28,837 nt of DNA. Source: an uncultured Verrucomicrobiales bacterium. Lineage in GTDB: Bacteria > Verrucomicrobiota > Verrucomicrobiia > Verrucomicrobiales > DEV007. The position numbers and the translations under genes are program-made. The stretch is taken from NCBI GenBank assembly GCA_938091905.1, contig CALKOM010000064.1:1-28837 (forward strand). The letters are read 5' to 3'. Positions 9,397 through 17,158 of the stretch are shown in pieces (positions within the stretch are counted from its first letter, which is position 1; each line of letters begins with the position of its first letter). The notes below the pieces were generated by a model, which saw nothing but the letters and a program-made list of their open reading frames with translations, had not been told where the DNA came from and made no database searches.

Positions 9397-10542
9397 ATGA
9401 TCAACCGCCCCTACTGGAAACCTACTCTAATCCTGCTCTTCGGCTGTCTCTCGTGGGCAAGCGGGCAGCAGCTGACCGATCTTGATCCGCCCGATCTCGA
9501 GGGATCTCCGGCTGGGGTTGTCGCCGGCGTCCGCGCTGGCAATGTCGTCGATGCTATATCGTCGGATCCTCTCGAGGAACTCCGTGACCGACAAGCGAGT
9601 ATTCAAAGGGTTTTCAAACGCGTGTCTCCAAGCGTGGTGGCGTTGGGATCTGCGGATAGGAGGAAGCAGGGGTGGGGGAGCGGTGTGATTGTCAGTGAAG
9701 ATGGCCTCATCCTGACTGCGGGTCACGTGACGGAGGCCACCGGAGATCAAATCCTGGTCTACCTCGAGGACGGTCGTGAAATGGTTGGCCAACGATTGGG
9801 AGCAAATATGAATCGCGATGCGGCCATGGTTCAGCTCATCCCTACCAATGAGGATGAGAAATTTCCTTACGTGGAAGTGGCCGAGGCGGACACGGCCGAG
9901 CTCGGCGACTGGGTTGTGGCGATGGGGCACCCTGGGGGCTACGATCCTACGAGGCCTGCGCCGCTTCGATTGGGGCGTGTGCTACAGAAGCAGAGCGATA
10001 AACTTCTCGTGACTGATTGCACTCTCGCCGGCGGCGACTCAGGTGGTGCCCTGTTTGATTTGCAAGGCCGCTTGATAGGAATCAATTCGTCGATTGCTCA
10101 GAGCCTCTCTCATAATATGCACGTGGCTATGGCCGTGTTCCACCGCGGTTGGGATCGGATGAAGGCTGGGGGAGAGAACGGAACGTGGGGTGAGCTAAAG
10201 AATTTATTCGATGAGCCGCTACCGGGATATGAGAGCAAAATCGACAAAAGCGGTAACCGGGCATTGCTAGGAGCAAAGCTAGACAAGCGTTCCCGCAATG
10301 GTGTGCTTGTGCGTGATGTGCCACCTGGTTACCCTGCAGCAGACGGAGGCTTGCGCCCAGGCGATGTGATTACTGGGTTTGATGGTGAGAGTGTTGGTGA
10401 CTACACGCAGCTTTTCCCATTGCTTTCGAAGATGGAACCTGGGGATCAAGTGGAGATCTTGGTGAGCAGGCGAGGGCAAACAGAGACTGTCGTCGTGACG
10501 ATGGGAGATCGTGCTAAACTTTTAGATCAACAAGCTCGATGA
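9397..10542 (+). CDS. HtrA/DegP-like S1C serine protease with C-terminal PDZ domain
   Basis: GSGVIVSEDGLILTAGHV (His), RDAAMV (Asp), GDSGGALF (Ser); PDZ region ALLGAKLD..PAADGGLRPGDVIT. ATG at 9397 gives a signal peptide; the track start at 9286 overlaps the previous gene. Confidence 0.92.
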   Translation: MINRPYWKPTLILLFGCLSWASGQQLTDLDPPDLEGSPAGVVAGVRAGNVVDAISSDPLEELRDRQASIQRVFKRVSPSVVALGSADRRKQGWGSGVIVSEDGLILTAGHVTEATGDQILVYLEDGREMVGQRLGANMNRDAAMVQLIPTNEDEKFPYVEVAEADTAELGDWVVAMGHPGGYDPTRPAPLRLGRVLQKQSDKLLVTDCTLAGGDSGGALFDLQGRLIGINSSIAQSLSHNMHVAMAVFHRGWDRMKAGGENGTWGELKNLFDEPLPGYESKIDKSGNRALLGAKLDKRSRNGVLVRDVPPGYPAADGGLRPGDVITGFDGESVGDYTQLFPLLSKMEPGDQVEILVSRRGQTETVVVTMGDRAKLLDQQAR

Positions 10543-11870
10543 ATTTTGGACTAATAAAATGTTGGGGGCCAGTGATGGCCCTTTCGCTGGGGCTTTCTGG
10601 ATCCTTGCTTGGGCAGGTCGAGTTTGTCGACGATGAACGGCCCGGCGATGCTCAAAGTACGTTCGAGGATACAATCGGTCGATATTTCGAGTCTATAGAT
10701 CGGGTGCGCCCGAAGACGCGTTATGAGAAAATGCATGGTAGTACTCTGCGAGAGTTCGCTCCCTTGGTTGATCGTTCTCGACAGAGTACGGTCAAGATTT
10801 ACAAGGGAGATGAGGTCCGTGTGCTTGGGACTGTGGTTGCGCAAGAAGGCCTCATCGTTACGAAAGCGAGTGAGATTCGGAACAATCAGGATCTTGCCGT
10901 TCAGCTCCCTAACAAAGAAATTGTGCCTGCTGAATTGATCGAGGTGAATGAGGAGAACGACCTAGCATTGCTCTGGGTGCACCAGTTCGATCTGACTCCG
11001 ATTACTTGGGCTCCCGGGAGTGACCTTCCGATCGGTTCTCTCCTTGCTTCATCAGGAACAGTTTCCCTGCCTCTTACGATTGGAACAGTGAGTTTGGGTT
11101 TAAGAAATCTGCTGGAGAGCAAGAAGGGCTTTCTTGGAATTAGCATGGAGGCAGCGAAGGATGGCTCTGGTCTCTTTGTCGTGAACGTCCTAGACGGTAC
11201 GGGTGCCCAAGATGCTGGTCTACGAAGGGGCGATCTCATTCAGGCGATCGACGGCGCAGCCATGGTGACGACTCATGCTTTGAGCAACACGGTGTCCGAA
11301 AGTGAGCCGGGTGATGTTGTGGTCCTGCAAGTTGTCCGAGAGGAGGAAACCATGATGGTAGAGGTTACCTTGGGCGATAAAGATTCTGGAATGGGATTCC
11401 AGATGCCCATGCACGAGCAACTAGATCAGACAGCGCGGATGGGAGGGAGGGTGAGTCGCAGGCGCTCGGGCTATCCGGCTGCTATCCAACATGACATGCT
11501 TCTCAAACCGAATCAGTGCGGTGGTCCCTTGGTGAACATTGATGGCAATGCAGTCGGAGTGAATATCGCCCGTGCCAGCCGAGTGAAGTCTTACGCAATC
11601 CCTTCGGAAGTGATCCAGGAGTGGTTAGGCGATCCAAAGGAATTGGCGGTTACGGTTCTTGAGACGCGTGTGAAGAATGCGGAGTCTGCAAGGCTTGTTG
11701 CTGAGGAGGCTTTGGAAGAGGCCAAGGCGGTTGAGTTGGACGTGCGGGGAGCGTTGGTCGACCTAGAGGCCCAGCGCGCCGCCTCGGAGCTAAGGTTGGA
11801 ATCGGCGACGGAATTGCCAAATGGTTCAGAGGAAGGTTCGGCAACTGAGGGCGAGAGTTCTCCGCGATAG
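10539..11870 (+). CDS. HtrA-like trypsin-fold protein with internally inserted PDZ domain and non-canonical catalytic residues, plus a C-terminal coiled coil
   Basis: LGTVVAQEGLIVTKASE has Ser at the His position, NDLALL keeps Asp, and NQCGGPLVN..GVNIA has Cys at the Ser position. A PDZ (GFLGISM..GAQDAGLRRGDLI) lies between the two trypsin halves. ATGA overlap with the upstream protease. Confidence 0.85.
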   Translation: MNFGLIKCWGPVMALSLGLSGSLLGQVEFVDDERPGDAQSTFEDTIGRYFESIDRVRPKTRYEKMHGSTLREFAPLVDRSRQSTVKIYKGDEVRVLGTVVAQEGLIVTKASEIRNNQDLAVQLPNKEIVPAELIEVNEENDLALLWVHQFDLTPITWAPGSDLPIGSLLASSGTVSLPLTIGTVSLGLRNLLESKKGFLGISMEAAKDGSGLFVVNVLDGTGAQDAGLRRGDLIQAIDGAAMVTTHALSNTVSESEPGDVVVLQVVREEETMMVEVTLGDKDSGMGFQMPMHEQLDQTARMGGRVSRRRSGYPAAIQHDMLLKPNQCGGPLVNIDGNAVGVNIARASRVKSYAIPSEVIQEWLGDPKELAVTVLETRVKNAESARLVAEEALEEAKAVELDVRGALVDLEAQRAASELRLESATELPNGSEEGSATEGESSPR

Positions 11871-11881
11871 TGGGGGGCCGC

Positions 11882-12691
11882 ATGACTATTGGGATCGAAG
11901 ACTTTTGCGAAGATATCGTGGGTAAGGCCATGCGTGGCACTAATATGTCGGATACAGACCTTGCCGCCATGGCCGCTGTTGATGTGGAATCGATCCAGCG
12001 GTTGCGTCGAGGTGAGGGCGATGCCGATACCGTCCGTGCTGTCGCGAAACCGTTAGGGTTGCATCCTGAGAAGCTGGTCGATACGTTTAACGGGGCATGG
12101 TATCCCCAAGACCGGGATGTCGATGGGTTGTTCATGGTCAATACAGCCTTTAGTGAAATGTTCGTGAATGCCTACCTAATCTGGGACACTGTTTCCAGGG
12201 AGGGAGCTTTCTTCGATACAGGAGCCGATGCCAGTGAGCTCCTTTCAAAAGCTGAAGAAGAGAAGATCACCGTTTCCAAGGTTTTCCTAACTCATACCCA
12301 TCGCGATCATGTCGCCGATTTAGATCGGGTAAAGGCAATTTACCCTGAGGTTGCCGTTCACGTCGGTTCCCGGGAACTATTGCAGGGTGCGGGGTCTGTC
12401 GAGCATGGAGATGTCTTTGATGTAGGTGCCTTGAAGGTGTCAGCACGACTTACCTGGGGACATGCAAAAGGAGGCATGACCTACGTTATAGATGGCTTGG
12501 TCACGCCGATTGCCGTTGTCGGTGATGCCATGTTTGCAGGCTCGATGGGAGGTGGGATGGTCTCCTATCAGGATGCTCTTCGCACGAATCGCGAAGAAAT
12601 ACTAGCACTGCCAGATCATACGATTCTGTGTCCGGGGCATGGCCCATTGACGACTGTCGGCGAAGAGAAGGACCACAATCCATTCTTCTAA
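11882..12691 (+). CDS. MBL-fold metallo-hydrolase (glyoxalase II-like) with N-terminal HTH-like extension
   Basis: THTHRDH (HxHxDH), WGHAKG, VGDAMF and CPGHG motifs. The N-terminal ~70 aa is helical (SDTDLAAMAAVDVESIQRL). ATG at 11882 is preferred over GTG at 11870. Confidence 0.88.
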   Translation: MTIGIEDFCEDIVGKAMRGTNMSDTDLAAMAAVDVESIQRLRRGEGDADTVRAVAKPLGLHPEKLVDTFNGAWYPQDRDVDGLFMVNTAFSEMFVNAYLIWDTVSREGAFFDTGADASELLSKAEEEKITVSKVFLTHTHRDHVADLDRVKAIYPEVAVHVGSRELLQGAGSVEHGDVFDVGALKVSARLTWGHAKGGMTYVIDGLVTPIAVVGDAMFAGSMGGGMVSYQDALRTNREEILALPDHTILCPGHGPLTTVGEEKDHNPFF

Positions 12692-13004
12692 TAGGTATGG
12701 GAAGAGCAACTACGATTACTGACTAGTTTTGCTTTGTTAGATCTCTGTTTGTTGTAACTTGAGCCTTTAGCCCAAAGTCGGGCCAAGCAGGCCTCGTTCT
12801 ATAGCAGTCCCTCGTAGGTGGCTGCCGATTGTCTGGATTGTTGTTTTTCAATGGCTGAAGACGAACACAACTTGAAAGCGGGAATTGCAAACACTAAAAA
12901 ATAGTTATACTCTTGAGTCTCTGTTCAAATAGAACGGCACCATGTCGATCTTCGCCTCCCTCAGCTCTCTTTAGCGCCATCTTATTGATGCGCTCAAGTT
13001 CTCT

Positions 13005-13826
13005 GTGAGTCAGGTTCCAGTAGTGTTAATGTTCATGGCCTTTGCTGCCGCAAGTCTGTTGATCGTGAGCTGTGTGAGCACCCCTAAGTTGATTAGGCTT
13101 CAAGGCGATAGTTGGGTCGATGATTCTGATTCGGATTGGGAACGGGAAGCGCGCAATGCAAACCTAACTCGCAGTGCGCCCCAGCACTTGATCAAGCTGC
13201 GATTTGCGGAAATCTCATGATCCTCTCTTGATGAGGATTTATCCGGGTTTGCCGGCGACTTTTTCGGGAAGGCGAAGTTGCTGTCTTTGGAGGATGGTGA
13301 GCGCATCTTCGGTCCGAACCGCGTTGGTGTGGATATTTTGAAGATGCCGAGGTTGGTTACGCGTCCAGGTGTCGAGGCAAAGGTTTAGATCGTTGGGGAG
13401 TTTGTCTACCCGACCAACTACGACCCTGAAACGATACCGTTAAAACCTACCGAGTTTGCCACCGAGAATACTGGTGTGACAGGAAATATCACGACCTGGG
13501 CAACGAGCAATCCACGCGTCGTGCGGATCGATTTCGTTGGGAGAGTTTGCGAGTTCGAAGGCTTCCAGTTTTCAACGAAGTTTCCCGGAGCGGAAGAGCC
13601 TGTTTTCAAAATTCGTGAGGCTGGTTACAAGGGGCGCTTTGAGAATGGAAGCTACGTCATCCTTGGGAACCGCGAAGACGTGCAGCAGGTCCATACTCGC
13701 ACGCCCGTGCTTGGCTCTATTCCCGTCGTGGAGCGACTCTTTCGCGGTAACTATGAGCAGAGGATTTTCCGGCTGGTAGCTGCACAGGTTCTCGTGAAGG
13801 GCTTCGATGCGAAAGGTGGGTTGTAG
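13005..13826 (+). pseudogene. Short secretin-like (type II/IV pilus outer-membrane secretin C-domain) gene with two in-frame stops (TGA 13218-13220, TAG 13386-13388)
   Basis: Track ORFs 13005-13220 and 13476-13826 share a frame. Read through, they give ...LIVSC...IKLRFAEIS*SS...VDILKMPRLVTRPGVEAKV*IVGEFVYPTNYDP..PTEFATENTGVT...GSYVILG...TPVLGSIPVVERLF. PRLVT, EFVYPT.Y and P.LG.IP...LF are secretin-type motifs. The start is uncertain. Confidence 0.75.
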
Positions 13827-13856
13827 AGCGGTGATGTGGTGAGGTTTACGACATCG

Positions 13857-15146
13857 CTACTTCTTGTAAGCCGGCCCGTCCGTTTGGCCCTTAGTCCAGA
13901 GGTGAAGATTGCGGAGCCGCTGTTGGCCGTGGGCGGAGTAGAGGGCGTCGAGGCTGTCTAAGTGGCTTTGATAGACCTTTGCCCTGGCGGCGGCATGTCT
14001 AGGTTCCCTAGCTCCGAATGTCTCACTGAGGTGCTCTAGCAGCGCGTTGGCGATGAGCTGATGGCCTCGTATAGAGGGATGAACATGATCGACCAATATC
14101 TCGTCTCCGAGAATGCCTTGAGGGCATTCTTTTCCTAACAAGGTGTGGAGGTCGAGGCAGGGGACATTCGCTTGGCGGCAGATACTAACAAGATCGTCTC
14201 CCATGGGTGGGAGGAGTCGCAGCGGGCAGAGATCTTCTTCGAGAGCACGCCAGAAATGGGCTTCGGCGTTACGGAAATCTGCGTGGGCTAGACGCTCTTG
14301 GCCTTTTTGATAGTGCCGTGCTGCGGGGCCATCAGACTTGAATGGAGGGCAATCTTTGAGGTTTACGGGAGGCTTAAGGAATGTGATCGGCACCTTTGCC
14401 GATTGTGACAGTGAGATGAGTCGCTTGAGATTGCTGCGGTGGTGCGCCTGGACGAGCTCTTTCCAGGCTTTGTCTCTGGTATAGGCTTTGAGCCCGCCGC
14501 GATAGTCCAAGAGGGCGTCGGCTTCTTGCTTTAGCGCTGCCTTGGGTGCTGGACGTTTGAGGCCTTGAATCAAGTGATAGATGCGAGAGTGGGACGCGAT
14601 GGCATGGGCTCGATGCCACCGCTTCTCGGTCTCGTAGGTGCGCGCTTCGAGAAACTCATTCTGGCCGGTGCAGACGATGAAGAGATCGGGTTCGTAGGCG
14701 AGGCATTCTGTGAGGATGGGAATGAGCCGGTAGCTGGCGTAGGAAACACCACCGCAATTGACGACCTCAAATTGACGGTGAGGATAGGCGGCTTCAAGGG
14801 CCAGCCTTAACCAAGTGCTGAATGAGGTTTCGATAGAGTAGGGGCGACCTTGTACGGTTGAGCCACCTAGACAGAAGATCCGGTAGGTGTCATCGCCTTT
14901 GCTTCGTGGGAAACGGTCTTCGACGAAGAACTTGAGGCGTTCGGAAGCCGTGACGTGCTCATTTGTGAGTGGATCTGTAGTGAAGAGCTTCGAGCGTCCT
15001 GCGAAACTGATGAAGGGATCGTTTCTGGGATCCGGTTGTCCCCAACCGGCTAGACGGCAGAGTCCTTCGAAGCCTAGTAAGATTAGGCATCCGACAACAA
15101 AGCCGAAGAGTCGGCGTAGCCAAAGACGATCATGCAACAAGGCCAT
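13857..15146 (-). CDS. Membrane-anchored SGNH/GDSL hydrolase family protein with a short TPR-like insert
   Basis: N-terminal hydrophobic helix; block I CLGGST, block II NCGGVSY, block III GQNEF, block V DHVHP. Starts 2 bp after the permease stop. Confidence 0.85.
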   Translation of the reverse strand: MALLHDRLWLRRLFGFVVGCLILLGFEGLCRLAGWGQPDPRNDPFISFAGRSKLFTTDPLTNEHVTASERLKFFVEDRFPRSKGDDTYRIFCLGGSTVQGRPYSIETSFSTWLRLALEAAYPHRQFEVVNCGGVSYASYRLIPILTECLAYEPDLFIVCTGQNEFLEARTYETEKRWHRAHAIASHSRIYHLIQGLKRPAPKAALKQEADALLDYRGGLKAYTRDKAWKELVQAHHRSNLKRLISLSQSAKVPITFLKPPVNLKDCPPFKSDGPAARHYQKGQERLAHADFRNAEAHFWRALEEDLCPLRLLPPMGDDLVSICRQANVPCLDLHTLLGKECPQGILGDEILVDHVHPSIRGHQLIANALLEHLSETFGAREPRHAAARAKVYQSHLDSLDALYSAHGQQRLRNLHLWTKGQTDGPAYKK

Positions 15147-15148
15147 CC

Positions 15149-16435
15149 CTATTCGTGGCGTAGGGCCTCGATAGGATCAAGCTTTGCTGCTTGGGATGCC
15201 GGGTAGAGACCGAAGACGATTCCAGTGAGGCCAGAAATACCGAAGGCGAGAAGCACAGACCATAGAGTGATGACCGTCATCATACTGGTGAAGTAGGATA
15301 CAAGTAGAGGCGTGGCGATGCCAATGACGACGCCGATGAGACCACCGCCAACGGAGAGGACAATGGTCTCGATAAGGAACTGCGTGATGATGTCCTTCTT
15401 TTTTGCACCAAGTGCGCGTCTTACGCCGATCTCGCGGGTGCGTTCGGTCACTGTTGCTAACATGATGTTCATGATGCCGATGCCACCAACGAGGAGCGAG
15501 ATGGCAGCAATGGAACCTAGCACAATGTTGAACATGCGTTTGGTCGCCTCAGCTTCCATGAGGAGTTGCAAGGGGACGATGAGTTCGTAGTCGTTCTTTT
15601 CGTGAAAGCGCTTGAGGAGTTGTTTGATTTGTGGCTCTGCGGTCAAGACAGACTCTGTGTCGTTGAGCTTGGCGATGATGCGATGCAGTTCAACGCGCTC
15701 GGCGCTGAAACCGCCTGAGCTGCGTCTCACGATGGTTTCTCCGAATCGAGCACGAGCGGTAGAGAGGGGAATGTAGACATTGTTGTCAATCGGATCACCC
15801 TCGGCCTCACCCTTCTTTGGGCGCTGGTCGATAGTGCCTGTTTCTTGCACCATACCGATGACTTCATAGTAGACGGATTGAATACGAACGGTGTTGACGA
15901 GAGGATCCTGATAGGGAAAGAGGCGCTGGGCCAGCCCCTTGGTGATGACGCAGACATTTCGCTGGTGTTTGTCGTCCATTTCGGAGAGGAAACGGCCCCG
16001 GACGATGTCAAGACCTTGCACTTTTGGGTAAGCGCTGAGGGTGCCGATGACTTGCCCAGAGACTTGGTTACGGCCGAAGCGAATGTTCTCTCGAATGATC
16101 CGCATGGGGACGACATCGCCGACATTGGGAATGGTCGTTTGAAGACGTGCTGCGTCTTCGTAGGTCAGCCCGTAATCAATTTCGGAGCTTCGGTTAGAGC
16201 CGGAGTCATCATTCTCTTCAGGGGGCTTGAAGCTATTAATAATGACGTTGGTACTTCCCAAGCGCTTGATGCGCTCTTGCGCTTCGTAAGACGCGCCTTC
16301 GCCGATAGCGAGCATGGCAATCACGGAGCAGACACCGAAGATAATTCCGAGCATAGTGAGCCCAGAGCGCAGCTTGTGGAGCATGAGGCTCTTAACGCCT
16401 AACTGAACTGTATTGAGGAGAAGGGACGAGACCAT
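15149..16435 (-). CDS. ABC transporter permease, MacB/FtsX family
   Basis: KLRSGLTMLGIIFGV, large periplasmic domain, ISLLVGGIGIMNIMLATVTERTREIGVRRALGA, PASQAAKLDPIEALR. Confidence 0.95.
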   Translation of the reverse strand: MVSSLLLNTVQLGVKSLMLHKLRSGLTMLGIIFGVCSVIAMLAIGEGASYEAQERIKRLGSTNVIINSFKPPEENDDSGSNRSSEIDYGLTYEDAARLQTTIPNVGDVVPMRIIRENIRFGRNQVSGQVIGTLSAYPKVQGLDIVRGRFLSEMDDKHQRNVCVITKGLAQRLFPYQDPLVNTVRIQSVYYEVIGMVQETGTIDQRPKKGEAEGDPIDNNVYIPLSTARARFGETIVRRSSGGFSAERVELHRIIAKLNDTESVLTAEPQIKQLLKRFHEKNDYELIVPLQLLMEAEATKRMFNIVLGSIAAISLLVGGIGIMNIMLATVTERTREIGVRRALGAKKKDIITQFLIETIVLSVGGGLIGVVIGIATPLLVSYFTSMMTVITLWSVLLAFGISGLTGIVFGLYPASQAAKLDPIEALRHE

Positions 16436-16441
16436 AGTGGT

Positions 16442-17134
16442 TTAGTTGATGACCTCTCGATCAATGACCCCATCCAGCATGTGAACCACGCGCTGGGCAC
16501 GTGCTGCGACTGCATCTTCATGGGTGACCATGACAATGGTCTTACCGTCGGCGTTGAGTTTTTCGATGATCTCCAAAACTTCTTGCTCCGTTTGAGAGTC
16601 GAGGTTCCCAGTAGGTTCGTCTGCCAGGATCATGAGTGGGTCATTGACCAAGGAGCGAGCGATCGCGACGCGCTGTTGTTGTCCACCTGAAAGCTGGGTG
16701 GGGCGGTGGTCCATGCGGTCTGCAAGGCCGACCAATTCGGCGAGTTCCTTGCAACGCTCGTCGTAATCTTTCAGTTCCACACCTTGATAAATGAGGGGAA
16801 CCTGGATGTTCTCAATAACCGTGAGCTGAGCGATTAGATTATAGCTCTGAAAGATGAAGCCCAGGCGTTTGCCGCGCGCGGCGGAAAGGGTATCGTCATC
16901 CATTTTGGAAACATCTTCTCCACCAAGGTAATACTGGCCTCGTGTCGGGCGATCCAAGCAGCCGAGGATATTAAGCATGGTGGATTTGCCAGAGCCTGAC
17001 GGTCCCATGATGGCCACGTAGGAACCTTGTGTGATAGTGAGGTCGACGCCTCGCAGTGCACGGACTTCGATCTCTCCAACTTGGAAGATCTTTTCGACGT
17101 CCTTGATCTGAATGATCGCTTCCGGATCTGGCAT
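16442..17134 (-). CDS. ABC transporter ATP-binding protein (MacB/LolD type)
   Basis: Walker [10 protein letters not shown], signature LSGGQQQRV, Walker [13 protein letters not shown]-loop VTHE. Confidence 0.96.
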   Translation of the reverse strand: MPDPEAIIQIKDVEKIFQVGEIEVRALRGVDLTITQGSYVAIMGPSGSGKSTMLNILGCLDRPTRGQYYLGGEDVSKMDDDTLSAARGKRLGFIFQSYNLIAQLTVIENIQVPLIYQGVELKDYDERCKELAELVGLADRMDHRPTQLSGGQQQRVAIARSLVNDPLMILADEPTGNLDSQTEQEVLEIIEKLNADGKTIVMVTHEDAVAARAQRVVHMLDGVIDREVIN

Positions 17135-17158
17135 AATCCTAACTCTTTGCTTGGAGGA

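Noticed and set aside
12885..12911. Sigma70-like promoter TTGCAA..TATACT upstream of the secretin relic
   Set aside because: The spacer is only 15 bp, so it is too weak to call.
12942..12974. In-frame upstream ATG..TAG as a further broken part of the secretin gene
   Set aside because: Only 10 codons with no recognisable motif; a later start already yields a plausible lipoprotein signal.
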